Of a stretch of 64,000 bases of DNA, positions 1-13,700 are shown in pieces. Location: contig OY740804.1 of assembly GCA_963514005.1 (NCBI GenBank), forward strand, positions 5,828,001 to 5,892,000. Reading direction: 5' to 3'. The first letter of the stretch is position 1, and each line of letters opens with the position of its first letter. The stretch is from Raja brachyura. Lineage: Eukaryota. Made by a program: the position numbers and the translations under genes. The notes beneath the pieces were generated by a model. It was not told where the DNA came from and searched no databases. It was given only the letters and a program-made list of their open reading frames with translations.

Positions 1-225
1 AGAGCAGGTAGTTGAGGCAGGGCAGGTCTAGCCTGGACAGGTAATCCAAGATGTGAATGCCCATGAACTTGAAGCTGCCAACTATCTCCACCGCCGATGA
101 AAATGAGAAAGTTCACTTTGCTGTGTCTCAGTCAGAGAGCATTAGTGGAAATTATAACAATAAACATTTCAGATCCAAGACCCATCATTACAACAGGGAA
201 AGAGGGAAAATAGGGGGGAACCTAA

Positions 226-595
226 TTGAAAGATCAAATAGTGAAAGGCCTGGAGACAGTGGATGCAGAATGGATGCTTCCACTAGTGGGAGAGTCTAGG
301 ACCAGAGGTCATAACCTCAGAATTAAAGGACATTCCTTTATGATGGAGATGAGGAAGAACTTCTTTAGTCAGAGGGTGATGAATCTGTGGAATGTTTTGC
401 CACAGAAGGCTGTGGAGGCCGTCAATAGATATTTTTAAGGTATAGATGGATTCTTGATTGGTACAGGTGTCATGGATTATGGAGGGAAGGCAGGAGAAAG
501 AGGGAGAGATAGATCAGCCATAATTGAATGGCGGAGCAGATTGATGGGCCGAATAACTTAATTCTACTCCTATCACTTATGAACTTATGAAAAGA
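226..595 (+). mobile_element. CR1 3' fragment (copy at ~35087-35455)
   Basis: GESRTRGHNLRIKG...FFSQRVMNLWN. Confidence 0.8.
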
Positions 596-1509
596 TTTTG
601 GAGCAGATAAGGTTAGGGTGATGGACACAAGTTGCTGGAGTAACTGAGCGAAACAAGCAGCATCTCTGGAGAGAAGTAATGTGTGATGTTTCAGGTCGAA
701 ACCCTTTTTCAGACTGATGTCAGGCGAGTGGCAGTACAGAGATAAAGTATAGTCGAAGACAGTAAGGCCGGCCAGAGAACTGTGAAGGGGGAGTGGATGG
801 AGAGAGGGAAAGCAAGGGCTACTTGAAGTTAGAGAAGTCAATGTTCATACCACTGGGGTGTAAACTTCCCAAGGAAATATGAGGTGGGGGGTGGGGTAGT
901 GTATAGGGAATATGATCCATTCTGAACATTACGTACATTAATCAGAACACAGGGCAGATTCTTGGTCCGTACGTGCAAATACACTGCAGTACTTTAGGGG
1001 TTCTCCTAAATATAAGGTCGTGGCAATAACAGGTAGATGTTTGTGTGTTGGGAGGACCTGCAGATTGTGGTTTGCACTGAAGATAAACATAAAATGCTCT
1101 AGCAATTAGCGGGTCGGGGCGACATTTTGCCAGCAGCGCAACAGAAAATCATCAAATATAGTAGTTCTCAGCTTAGCTGGATAAAAGAAACAGATTGAGT
1201 ATATGTGTGTATGTGTGCCTATACACACTGAACTTTTTTTTCTCTCCCGTTATGTACTATGTTTACATATTCTGTTGTGCTGCAGCAAGTAAGATTGTCA
1301 TTGTTCTATCTGGGGCATATGACAATAAAACACTCTTGACTCTTGAAAAACAACAGTTGACGTTTCGAGGCGAGACCCTTCTTCAGACTGAGAGTCAGGG
1401 GGAAGGGAAACGATATATAGAAGGTACATAGAACAAATGAATGAAATATATAAATGAATGATGTTTAAACCTGTTCCTGATATGGCTCTATCGACAACAT
1501 ATTTTCCAG

Positions 1510-1556
1510 AATCCAAGTACAATGCATCACACGGTGAAGACAACAATGAAATCCAG
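1510..1556 (+). CDS. Penultimate cytoplasmic exon of upstream receptor gene (5' part lies outside the window)
   Basis: ttttccag acceptor and CAG|gtaaaa donor; 47 nt, phase 1 to 0; encodes (E)SKYNASHGEDNNEIQ; same sequence as 36371-36417. Confidence 0.75.
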
Positions 1557-1973
1557 GTAAAAATGTGAAATATAAATTATCTGAGGGTTGAAAAATATAT
1601 AATATTGAATTATCTGTGTTTACACAGGCCATTTAGCAACACCAGTCCACTCCAGTTAAGAGAACCAGCACAGAAACAGGCCCTTTGGCCCACCGAGTCC
1701 ACACCGACCTGTGACCTCCGCACACTAACACTATCCTACACACACTAGGGACAATTTGCAATTATACCAAACCAATTAACCTACAAACCTGTTGTCGGCA
1801 CTGTCAGGCAGCAACTCTACCGCTGTTCCTCCCTGCTACACTATCTTTGTGTTATAAACAGCAGCCATGGCTTGGCTCTGCACTGAACAGTTTGGGACCT
1901 ATTTTGCAATACACATCTGTTGAGGACCTTTCAAATCTATTAGGTGGTAAAATTGGATTTTGTTATATTTTAG

Positions 1974-2249
1974 GAAATGGCTGTGTTGGAAGGAAACCAC
2001 ATTGATGCAAATCTGCAGCAACTTGGAAACAACAGGGCAGCTGACCATTTGGATAACAATGAAGGTGGAATCACGTACGCAGTGGTGAAATGTCAAAGGA
2101 AGTCGAGATCAAGGCACCCTGAGACGCACAATGCTGTTGTCTACGCAGATGTTAATTTTCATCGCAATAACCCAAAGGGCAATCGGAAACCCCACTCTAC
2201 CGGGGCTCCAGAAAACTCTGAGACAATTTATGCCTCTGTTGTTTCTTAG
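1974..2249 (+). CDS. Terminal cytoplasmic exon of upstream inhibitory receptor gene (ITIM, ITIM, ITSM)
   Basis: tatattttag acceptor, phase 0; encodes EMAVLEG...ITYAVV...VVYADV...TIYASVVS*. Confidence 0.85.
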   Translation, partial: EMAVLEGNHIDANLQQLGNNRAADHLDNNEGGITYAVVKCQRKSRSRHPETHNAVVYADVNFHRNNPKGNRKPHSTGAPENSETIYASVVS

Positions 2250-4140
2250 GAGAAATTTTTAATTTGGTGTGAGTTTTTGGCAATACTTGCTTTACAACTC
2301 TATTCAGTTTACACTGCTTTAATCTGACCTATACGTTGTCAAAGATGGACACAAAATGCTGGAGTAACTCAACAGGTCAGGCAGCATCTCTGGAGAAAAT
2401 AGACAGGTGGCCTTTGAGGTTGGGACCCTTCTTCAGATGGTCTGTAGAAAGGTCCTGACCCAAAATGTTAGCCATCAATTTTCACCAGACATATTTCTTG
2501 ACCATCTGAGTTCCTCCAGCATTTTGGGTTTGGCTTTGGATAAACCGGCATCTTTTTATAGCTATACTTTGTCAAGCTCCTTTTGAGTGGTTTCGTTCAA
2601 TTCATGAGGTGTCAGGGGTGATGGGGAGAAAGGAGGAGAGTGATGTTAGGAGGGAGAGGTAGATCAGCGATGATTCAATGGTGGAGTAGCCTTGATGGAC
2701 CAAATTGTCTACTCCTATCACTAATTAACTTTTGAAATCCACTCCCTTCATCGATCTCTTTTGTCCGCCAGTACAATTAATTACTCCAGATCATGCATAC
2801 AAATGATAAAATGTAACTGGTTCCCATTCCTGTAATACCCACCCTCATTCCGTCCACCCACAAATTCCCCAACCCTCCCATCATAATTCCTTGCAAGGTT
2901 CAGCCTAAGCACACTTCAACCCATTGTCTCTCCCAAAATATTGTGGGTTCAAGTCCAAAAAGGTGCAATGGAACAAGCAAGAAAATGGGTTCAAGTGGAT
3001 AGTGGGCTAAGGCTGAGAAGCCCCAGATGTAGTAGAAGTATGTTCAATTGGAAATGCTGGTCTTAGCAGCATTGCTACAGGACCTCTTCTCAACTCTAGA
3101 GGTACTCTGTTCAAAATATACTAAGTTCTTGCAGAGCAGTAGAGTGCAAGTTTCCTTGGCTCAATTGTGCAGAGGCAGGGAATGTTGGCCCGAAGGGCCT
3201 GTTTCTTCGTTAAATGAATCTAGGACTTGAATACAATCTAGCCTGGGAACAATAGGTTCTTAAATATTAAAGGATTCTTGGAAATAGAAATAGTACTGGA
3301 TATTGAGATGATAAAGAATAAGGTATAATTTTAATGCATGGTGTAGTTATGAAAGACCTAGTGCGGACTGACATATTTGTTCATTAATTTGATCACCCTA
3401 CAATACATTATTTTTAAACACATTTACAGTCAATGTACAAACACATCAAAGGCCATCATGCGATGGAAATAAATATTGGGTTCTGAGTCAAATGTGTGAT
3501 CTGCATCTTGCTGTGGTCAACGAGCTTCCTGTTGATTTGAGCAGTTGAATAAACACAAAAAAAACTTCAGTGGGTCAAGCAGCAGTTCTGAAAGGAAATG
3601 GGCAGATGGCATTTCAGGTCAGGACCCTACTTCAGACTGGTGTTACTTTTCTCAGAATATGACTGCCGCAGAAACCCATAAACATACAATGTACATAGGT
3701 TCATAAGTTTTTAGTGCAGAATTAGACCTTACGGCCATTCAAGTCCACACCACAATTCAATTGTGGCTGATCCATCTTTCCCTCCCATCCCCATTCTCCT
3801 GCCATCTCCTTATAACCCCTGACACCCACACTGATCAGGAATCTGTCAATCTCTGCCTCAAAAATACCCATTGAATTGGCTTCCACAACCGTCTGTTAAA
3901 ATAAATTCCACAGATTCACCACCATCTGATGAAAGACATTTGGCCCATATCTCTCCAAACCTTTCCTGTCCCCGTTGCCTCGGGTTCCTATTAAATATTC
4001 TCCCCACATCTTAAACCTATGTCCTCTGGTTCTTAAACTATGTCCTCTGGTCCTCAAACATTCAGCAAAAACATGTAGAGTATAAGAATGTTAGCTCAGG
4101 GAGAGCACCTTGCCCTGGCAGGTCAGTGGGTTTCAGGTAG

Positions 4141-4400
4141 AACACAGTGGCACAGCGGTAGAGTTGCTGCCTTACAGTGCCTGAAACCCAGGTACGATGC
4201 TGACTTCGGGTGCTGTCCATGTGGAGTTTGTACATTCCCCTGTGTCTGCAAGAGTTTTCTTCGGGTGCTCCAATTTCCTCCCACACTCCAAAGACATAGA
4301 GGTTTGTAGGTTAATTTGCACAGTAAATTGTATACCGGGTGAACACTGGTTGGCGCGGTCTCGGTGAGCAGAAGAGCCTGTTTCCACGCTGTATCTATAA
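4141..4400 (+). mobile_element. tRNA-derived SINE (elasmobranch HE1-like); other copies at ~7007-7255, 8192-8400, 33636-33925, 39010-39268, 42004-42252, 43201-43790 (+) and ~29670-29866, 61120-61312 (-)
   Basis: A-box-like ggcacagcggtagag, B-box ggttcgatcc in better copies, shared core ggagtttgtacattctcc...ctcccacactccaaagac. Confidence 0.75.
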
Positions 4401-4917
4401 ATGGCCTAATACACATATTGTCTTTTGTTTATAACACCCAAGGAAGGATGTTCACAGTCGGCTTGCAAAACCATCATGGTGGAAATACCATAGACTTAAC
4501 ACTGCAATTTGCTTGCCGGATTGCAACCATGTGTAGAGAAGGATGGGGGTTTAAGAGTTTATGTGTACAAGACAGATTGCTTGATGCACGTGGTGAGCCT
4601 GCTTTACTTACTTAGAATTGCTAACTAATAAATGGTTTTGCAGAACTGCAAAAGGTGTTGTGACTAAAAAGGGATGAGGCCCGATACCAAGTAGTACTGC
4701 AGAGAAAAACACATCTGTTCTAAACAATCAGAACCAGTGCAAAAATGTGCTGATGGTGTGATTAGCTGAACCCATGACTACTCATGTATAGATATACTAC
4801 CTGTGCACAGAATAAATGAGTGGGACCATGAGGGGAAAAGATTATGTAACCATACTCATGGATGCTCTCCAACTCCCGCATGCATAATAAAGAGGAATTG
4901 TCACATTCTTAAAGTGA

Positions 4918-5227
4918 CTAATGTAGTTTGTTGTTTGATAACACGGATTGAAATTTAACATTAGCGTAGTCGGCAAGATCTCGCTGGGACCATCGCTGAC
5001 GACTGCGTAAGCAGCTGCAGTCTGGATGGGACCTCGAGGAGAGTAAAAAGTGTACTATCGGATCCATTGAGTCTGAACTCCCGAACGAATTCCCGGGAAA
5101 CCGTGGTTCCTCGTCTGAGGTTGATCTGGTTCCTTGCCGAGATCCACAAGAGTCAGAGATAAGAGAAACATCGTTATAATAGTCAAAGGGTAGGTTAATT
5201 GAACATTCAGACTCAGAAGAGTGGGGT
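4918..5227 (-). pseudogene. Orphan terminal exon resembling a signalling cytoplasmic tail (DYYNDV, DYANV)
   Basis: Acceptor atcttaatttatacag on - strand followed by ~100 open codons to TAG; frame also open in the copy at 39786-40095; no upstream exons found. Confidence 0.4.
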
Positions 5228-8200
5228 CTGTATAAATTAAGATAATAATTGAACATTTTGATCGTAATTCCTTGCATAGGTCAGCCTAAGCACACCACAA
5301 CCCATTGTTTCTGGGCCAAAATATTGTGGGTTCAAGTCCGTAAAGGGGCAAGACTTCAAGCAACGACATGGGTTCAAGTGGATAGTGGTCTAAGGCAGAT
5401 AAGCCCAAGATGTAAAATGATCCTCAAGCCTGGGTAAGGGGCCTCGCTGAAACTTGGTCAAGACTGGATTTTACCTGCCTCAGTGACCAGTTGCAAATAA
5501 ACTGATCTTAAATGAGCCCATCCTTAGATGGGAGGGGAGTAATTTAGCATGGAACTGCAGACATATTCATAATTGTTTTGCCTGTTAGAATGCAAGAAGT
5601 GAGTCAAGAGTGTTTTATTGTCACACAGTGTGTGCTTGCAGCAGCACAATAGAGCAATATACATGAATTCCTTTATCTTTTGTAGTGACTGAGAATGCAA
5701 GGTGGAGGAAGGGGAGGAAGGCAATGTAGATGTGGTTGTGTAACAGGTAACTAAAGTTTTGGATTTGAGGGCGTCTGCCCCAGGACATGTGTTACCAAAG
5801 TTGGCCAATGTGTAATAAAAATAATTTGTTCTGAAAATAAGCCCCCGAGTCCACATGAAATGTTGCCATCTACAACGTCCCTCCCCAGTACATGCGTACA
5901 TTACCTACGAGCACCTCCATGCCAACTGTAGCGTACATCACTGCCTGAACTGCAAATTTCGAAATATACAAAGTTCCAACAGAGCAGGAGAGTGTGGGTG
6001 AAGGGATGAGGCCTATTTTTGCTCAATGATCCAGATGCAGTGAGGAGTGGTAAGTTGGGCAAATGGTCTGTTTCTGCATTGTATGACTCAATGACTCCAA
6101 TACAATCTAGCCTGGGAACAATTGTTTCTTGGATATTAAGGGATCTATGTAAATAGAACTCGTACTGGATATTGACACGATAAAGGATAAGCTATGATTG
6201 TAATGCATGGTGTAGTTATGAAGGATCGAATGGAGCCTGATATATTTGTTCATTAATTTGTTCACCCAACAATACACATGTATTTGTTTTGAACACATTT
6301 CCAGTCAAAGTACAAACACATCAAAGGCCAACGTACGATGGAAAAAAATATTGTGTTCAGAGTCAAATGTGTGAGCTGCATCTGGCTGTGGTCAACGTGC
6401 TTCCTGTTAATATGAGCAGTTGAGCAAAACACAAAAAAACACTTCAGTGGGTCAAACAGCATCTCTGAAAGGAAATAGACAGATGACATTTCAAGTCAGG
6501 ACCCTACTTCAGACTGGTGTTACTTTTCTCAGAAAATGACTGCAGCAGAAACCCACAAACATACAATGTTCATAAGTTATAAGTGCAGAATGAGGCCTTT
6601 CGGCCCATCAAGTCTACTCCGCCATTCAATCATGGCTGATCTATAATCCCCTCTCAACTCCATTCACCTGCCTTTTCCTCATAACCCCTGTCACCCACAC
6701 TAATCAGGAATCTGTCAATCTCTGCCTAAAAAATATCCATCGAATTGGCTTCCACATTCGTCTGTTGAAATAAATTCCACAAATTCACCACCCTCTGACT
6801 AAAGAAATTTGGCCCATATCTCTCTCAACCTATCCTGTCCAGCTTCCCTCGGGTTCCTATTAAAACTTTCCCCCACCTTAAACCTATGACCTCCGGTTAT
6901 CAATCTATGTCCCCTGGTTCTCAAGTATTCAACAAGAACATGCAGAGTATAAGAATGTTAGCTAAGGGAGAGCACCTTGTCCTGGCAGGTCAGTGAGTTT
7001 CAGGTGGAACACAGTGGCACAGCGGTAGAAGCGCCGCCTTACAGCGCCTGACATCCAGGTTAGAAGCTGACCTCGGGTGCTGTCTGTACGGAGTTTGTAC
7101 ATTCTCCCTGTGTCTACATGGGTTTTCTCTGGGTGCTCCGGTTTCCTCCCACACCCCAAAGACATACAGGTTTGTAGGTTCATTTGCAAGTAAATTGTAT
7201 ACCGGGTGATCACTGGTAGGCACGGATTCGGTGGGCCGAAGATCCTGTTTCCACGCAGTAACTGTAATGTTTTCTTGTCAAATGCACAATCCAGTAGTAG
7301 ATGGATAACTGTTTTGTCCAGAGCACTGCTGCCTTGTGCAGATCTGTGGTTGTGCAATACAGCAACGCAAAAAGGATCTGACTTTGGAGCCCTTCCCACC
7401 ACCACCCAACGTAGGATGTTCACAGTCGGCCTACAAAACCATCGGCCATAGTCTTAACTCTGCAGTTTGCTTGCCGGTTTGCAAGCATGCAGCTCCCATG
7501 TTGCTAACCAGGGTCCAATCCTTGTTCTTGCCTGCAAGGTAAATTGAAAGATATGTCAGACAATCACACATTAGCACAGCGGGTAGAGCCGCTGCCTCAC
7601 AGCATTCCCAGTCCCAGGTTCGATCCTGACCTCGAGTGCTGTCTGTATATCATTTATAACCAATAATGTAGAATTTAATTATCACGGCAGGATTAAAAAC
7701 GTATTAATTTGTGTGAATCTCTGGACGAACTCTAGTAATCTCACAAAATTAAAGTGAATCTGCTTGGCCGTCACTCCATATTATCCGTACATTTGTCAAA
7801 ATATAACTCTTTAACACCCCCTCCCATTCCCACACTGACATTTCAATCCAGGGCATCCTCCATTGTCATAGTGAGTCCCAGCGCAAATTGGAGGAACAGC
7901 ACCTCATATTTCGCTTGGGCAGCTGACACCCCAGCGGTACGAACATTGACTTCACCAACGTCAATAACCCTTGCTTTCCCTCTCAATCACTTTGATTAAG
8001 CATGATACAGCTTGGATGCAGACCATTTTGCACACCGAGTCCACGTAAACCAGCAATCAACCATATCACACTAATTCTATATCACCCCGCTTTCGCGTCT
8101 TTTGAGTACGGTAAAATTGATAAACATTTTAATGCTGCAACGAGTTATTCATTTTGTCCACCGTACAAATGAGTTAAAGGACAAAAATAAAGGCCACGAT

Positions 8201-8678
8201 GGCGCAACGGTAGAGTTGCTGCCTTACAGCGCTTGCAGCGCCGGAGACCCGGGTTCGATGTGTACGGAGTTTGTACGTTCTCCCCGTGATCACATCGGGT
8301 TTCTTCGAGATTTTCCGCCCCCTCCCACACTCCAAGGAGGAACAATTATGTGTGTTAATTGGCTTGCTATTAAAGAAAATTGTCCCCAGTGTGTGTGGAT
8401 TCGCTGCTGACACTTTGCTCGCGCTGCTGCAACAAGGGTGTGTAGATTCGTATCTCTGAACCGCATCTTGCGAGCAACTCGTTGTAACACTGTTTGCTGA
8501 GCAGTGTTTGCAGAACTCATGGGTCAATGGCGAATGAAGACAGAATTAAATTGTTTTGTTGCATCGTCGGTTCTTCTCTGCAGTATTTTTAGTTGGACAA
8601 GTAAACATGAAATAGCTCCTAACAATAGATAATTTACAGAGGGCCGTCAACGCTCATCTAACATCAGTGGCGGACACA

Positions 8679-9420
8679 TCAGATACAGATACAGATTGAT
8701 TTTATTTGTCACATGTGCCAATTGGCACAGTGAAATGAAATCACCATACTACCAAAAAACAAGGACACAACACAGAGTAGACAGAAATTCAACATAAAAC
8801 ATCTCCTTCCAGCAGGATCAAATTTCCCACCGTGAGGGAAGGCACCAAAGACAGTCTCTTCCTGATGCCCCCACTGTTCACCCATGGTCGGGGCCTCCCC
8901 CAGCCCTCCGCTGTCGCCGCTCCGGGCGGCCCGATGTTCAGGCCCGCTCCCCGGGGCGATGTAAGTCCGACATCGGGGCTGGGGGACGTCCTCAGCGGCC
9001 TGGATCCGGAGTCGACCCCCTCCTACCGGAGTCTGCGGCTCCCAAAGTCCGCAGGCCGCGCTGGGAGGAGATGCAACGCTGGAGGCCCTCGGCAAAGGGC
9101 CCCAGGACTCCGCGTTGGGAGCTCCCCAAACCAGAGCTCCACGATGTTGGAGCAGCGGCCCAACGCTCCGGAGCTCCAACGGCGATCCAGGTAGGCATCG
9201 CCAGCTCCGCGGTGACTCCAGTGCAGTGCCGCCGCTGTTGCAGCTCTGGTCCGGCTCCCGGTTCCCGGTCCCCAGTCCGCGGCAGGAAAGGCCGCTCTGA
9301 TCCAGGTGGTAGGCCGCGAGGTGGGGGGCGAGGACCCGACTCGGAGAAGTAGTCGCGTCCCCGCCAGGAAGTGACTGGGAAGCAGTTTCCCCCTTCCCCT
9401 GCCCCCCCAACCCCACATAT
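8679..9420 (-). repeat. GC/CpG-rich interspersed repeat, probably a retroelement 3' end (copy at ~44075-44815)
   Basis: Abrupt GC rise; AATAAA plus (TCTGTA)n tail on - strand; overlapping GC-driven ORFs with no recognisable domain. Confidence 0.5.
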
Positions 9421-10559
9421 AAAAGTGTGTTACTCCGATACCACGTGATGTACAACATTGCCACTGATGTACACAACCCGAATAAACTGCACTGTCCCCC
9501 TGAAAGTAAAACACCCAAGAACGATTGCCCGCTGCAGATATTATGTTAAATTATAACGCAACTCGTTGCCTACAGATTCAAATGAATCTATGCAAGTAGA
9601 TGCAAAAGGTCAGCAACTGACATGTACGTGAACAGAACACTGATAATGTATTAGCTCTGTATTGCAATGAAGACAAGTTAACAATTCTATTCACCGCGCA
9701 TATTCTATCTTGATTTAACTTCACTAAGTGTATCACTTCGCCCTTGTTTGAGTTACATTACACATGTCACTTACATTCCACATCCCGCTTTCCCAGCTGA
9801 TCTCCATCCTGTGGTAATTCTAGACAAGCTTCTTCACAGTCCACTACACCGTTAATTGTCATTTTCAAAACGTGAATAGCATAACAATCGTGTTTCAAAG
9901 TTTGAATTAAAGAGTTGAAGCAGAGAGGAGAGGGTCAACAATGAACCTCAGCTGGTTGCAGGTGAAAACCCGTAATTCCTAACGCTGGCTTCCTGTTTTG
10001 CCCCTTGTCACCAGTAATATATCAAAACATAAGTTCCAATGATTATATTTTTGATCTACCGGTCCACTTACAAAATCAACAAGAGGAAATGATCCGAAGT
10101 GCACACATCTTAGACGTTTCTATTCTTCTAAATGTCATATTTTATCCAATGTATCATTGTTTACATGAAGGGTCCCGACCCGAAATATCACCTATCCATT
10201 TTATCCAGAGGTGCTGCCTGGCCCGCAGAGTTGCTCCTGCATTTTTTTGTCTATCAATGTTAACTGATTCTGAGTGCAGAGATAATCGCCGCTCCATTCA
10301 TACGGATACATCACACTTGACGCAGTGGTTGAAGCAGCTGTAATAACAACATGGAACGAGCACTTGGACAGGTCCATGTATGGGGAAAGTTTGGGGAGAT
10401 ATGGGTCGGACGTGGGCAAATTTGACTTACTTAGATGAGCATATTGGTCTCACTCGTTGGGGAGAAGGGCCTGTTTCCGTGCTGTATGACTCTGTGATCA
10501 TCTGACCCAACCATTTGTTAAATATAACCCCGACCCTTTCACACTGTAACTTGTTGAGC

Positions 10560-10689
10560 TGCTGCTGGCTCGCTGTAGGTCAGGATCTGACGTCCTGTTC
10601 CCTTCTTCCTCGTTGCTATTTGAGAGATGCGGTTGTATCTGAGGAGCTCAGAGCTGAGCGACAGACAGACAAGTGCTGGTGTCATCACT
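10560..10689 (+). promoter_or_regulatory. Putative proximal promoter / 5' UTR of gene A
   Basis: Directly upstream of the leader ATG; CRE-like TGACGTC (~10588), Ets/PU.1-like CTTCCTC (10605-10611), RUNX TGCGGTT (10628-10634); motif matches only. Confidence 0.3.
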
Positions 10690-10738
10690 ATGGACAAAAC
10701 AATGTGGATTCCCATTCTTCTCATCTCCTCGCTGCCCG
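10690..10738 (+). CDS. Gene A signal-peptide exon
   Basis: MDKTMWIPILLISSLP(V) followed by G|gtgagt, phase 1; continues in frame into VAGAVWAK. Confidence 0.85.
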
Positions 10739-13700
10739 GTGAGTGAAAGCCAGATCCTCATATTCCAATGATCAAAGTTATTTGGGGTCCCATGCACCCT
10801 TTCCACAGCAGAGATAGTTAAGTATGTGCAGAAATGGGGGAGATGCAACTCAGTGCGTTGTGGTGATGGATCTGAAATCACATTTGAATATCTAGACTGT
10901 GTTCGTAGTTTAACCATTGTTAACACGTGGTCTAATTGCATCCCGATTATAGTTTATAGGCATAAAATAGCAAATAAATTTGGAGCAGATACTCCAAGAT
11001 ACCTGGACCGAAGGACAGAAGATGCAACATCACCAGGAAGTTAATTCTACACTTTTAAAATGTGTTTACAAGAGAAGCGGGAGTCGGGATTGTGGACTCA
11101 TTGTGACAGTTCAAATATTCCCTGCATTTGTCCAATTCAACTCTGTCGTAAACCCAACAATTCCCCCGAGTCTGAGACTGAACCACTGTCCACGTTCTAT
11201 CCACCTCCCCCAACTCTCTCTCCATCCTCACTGGGATCCGCGGCCCAGTCGTGAAATTCAAGTTCAGTTTATTGTCACGTGTACCGAGGTACAGTGAAAA
11301 GCTTGTTGTTACGTGCTAACCAGCCAGATACATGATTACAATTGATCCTCTCACAGCCCATTGATACATGAAAGGCAAATAACGTTTAGTGTAAGGTAAA
11401 GCCAGCAAAATCCGATCAAGGGTAGTCCGAGGGTCACCAAATAGTTCGATCGTTCAGCACTGCTCTCTGCATGTGGTAGGATGATTCCGATGCCTGATAA
11501 CAGCTGGGAAGAAACTGTCCCCGAATCTGGCGGTGTGCATTTTCACGCTAGTAACGCTCTCCGGTAATGGACCCGCTTTATTGTAACTCGTTCGTCCTCT
11601 GTGTCCTCAGTCAGGGCGTTGTAAAGGCAGTGACGGCGGTGAATGTCTAAACACGGGTCCGGCTTTCCGCGCCAGGGTGGAACTAGAGAAGGACCAGGCG
11701 CTGTCCACGGGCACCTGGTGGATTTCCGGGACACCTGGGCACCGCCTGGGGTTGAATACATCCATGAGAAGTATTGTAACATAGTTGTATAGTAGTTTAT
11801 AGACTAGGGGAAAATAAATGGTCGGCACGGACTCGAAGGTCCGAGAAGGCCTGTTTCCGTGCTGTAATTGTTATATGGTTATATGGTTTATTTAGTATAT
11901 TTGTTTGTCGTATTATGGTGGTGGGTTCTGTTTTGTTTTATTGTATTGTAAATATTATTTTTAATAATTGAATAAATTATATGATAATTTAAAAAAATAC
12001 ACGGGTCCGGCCCAGTGTCGGTTGAGAGATGAATGTTGGCAGCGCAGCCGGCGGCACCGCCAATGAAATATCAAAGTGGGGTATTTCTGTAGGGTGAGAG
12101 GCCGGGCACCGCCTGGGATTGTTGAAACGCAGCTCTTGCTACACTGCCGCGCTCCCTCAGTACCGCACTGCGATCCCAGCCCAGTTTCTGCTCAGGGATC
12201 TAGAGTGGGAAGTGAACCCGCATTGTACTGACCCGGGGACAGAACACTGACACAATTGGTAGAATAACAGCACTGCCTGCACTTCAGACCGGAGACATTG
12301 GCCGAGAAGCAATATGACACATTATGGAACGTTTTAAGTTTTCTTTCATGTAATCTTCAAAATGTATCTATTACCATTAAACAGTTAATTTGCTCTCCAT
12401 CTGAAAGTTTCTCCGCTCAGTTGCAGGTGCAGTGTGGGCTAAGTGGGATGCAAGAGGAGTTGTTGGAAAAGCGATCACAATCGATTGTCACTATGCAGCA
12501 GAGTACCGCTCACACACAAAATACTGGTGCCGTGGGAGGAGTCGACCGTGTACAGTTTTAGTGGAAACAAATGGGCAACACGGACGGAATGGAAGAGTGT
12601 CAATCACAGATAATCCGACACGAGGAATATTTACTGTGACTGTGGAAGATCTTCACTCTGGAGATACGGGATGGTACAGCTGTGGGATTACAACATCTGC
12701 CGACCATCCAATATTTAACGTTTATCTCGAAGTATCTGACGGTAGGTTTCGCAGCGAAGAACGACGTATCCGGCAGAAAGATAATACATGATTACAATCG
12801 ATCCTCTTACAGTGCATAGATACAAGAAAAGGAAATTACGTTTAGTGTAAGGCAAAGCCAGCAAAATCCGATCAAGGGTCATCCGAGGGTCATCAAAGAG
12901 GTAGATAGGAGTTCAGCACTGCTCTCTGGATGTGGTAGGATGATTCAGATGCCTGATAACAGCTGTGAAAAAATTGTTCCCGAATCTGGCGGTGTGCGTT
13001 TTCACGCCAGTAACGCTCTCCGGTAAGGGACCTGGAAGCGGGTAGTGAGTGGGCGTGTGGTGAGTGGGTGAGTGATTGGGTGAGTGGGCAGATGCATGGC
13101 AGATGAAGTTTAATGTGGATAAATGTGAGGTTATCCACTTTAGTAGCAAAAACACGAAGGAAGATTATTATCTGAATGTTGTCAGGTTGGGAAAAGGGGA
13201 AGTACAAAGAGAGCTGGGGGTCCTTGTTCATCACTCACTGAAAGTATGCATGCAGCTGCAGCAGGCAGTGAAGAAAGCTAGTGCCATGTTTACCTTAATA
13301 ACAAGAGGAGTTGAATACAGGAGCAAAGCGGTCCTTCTCCAGTTGTACATGGCCCGAGTGAGACCACGCCTGGATTATTGTGTGCAGTTTTGAACTCCAA
13401 ATTTGAGGAAGGGCCTTCTTGCTATTGAGGGAGTGCAGCGTAGGTTCACAAGGTTTATTACCGGGATGGCGGGACTGTCATGTGTCCATTGAATGGAGCG
13501 GGTGCGCTTGAATACTCTGGAATTTAGAAGGATGAGATGGGATCTTATTGAAACATATAAGATTATTAAGGGATTGGACACGCTAGAGGCAGGAAACATT
13601 TTCCCGATATTGGGTGAGTCCGGAACCAGGGGCCACAGTTTAAGAATAATGGATAGGCCATTTAGAACGGAGATGAAGGAAAACCTTTTCACCCAGAGGG

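Larger units (their letters stand above)
2880..7490 (+). repeat. Older local duplication (~2880-4530 vs ~5260-7490), present in both segmental copies
   Basis: Shared blocks such as aattccttgca..cagcctaagcac (2886/5266), tacaatctagcctgggaacaat (3232/6101), and the same CR1 fragment and SINE order. Confidence 0.75.

Noticed and set aside
7573-7645. tRNA gene (A/B box-like motifs)
   Set aside because: Truncated SINE head; no complete cloverleaf
8709-9518. 269-aa - strand ORF and overlapping ORFs (also 44104-44907)
   Set aside because: GC-rich repeat, open in several frames on both strands; N-terminal frame differs between the two copies; no recognisable domain
9941-9961. ATGAACCTCAGCTGGTTGCAG|gtgaaa as a first coding exon
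   Set aside because: Not a signal peptide and phase 0; the exon at 10690-10738 fits far better
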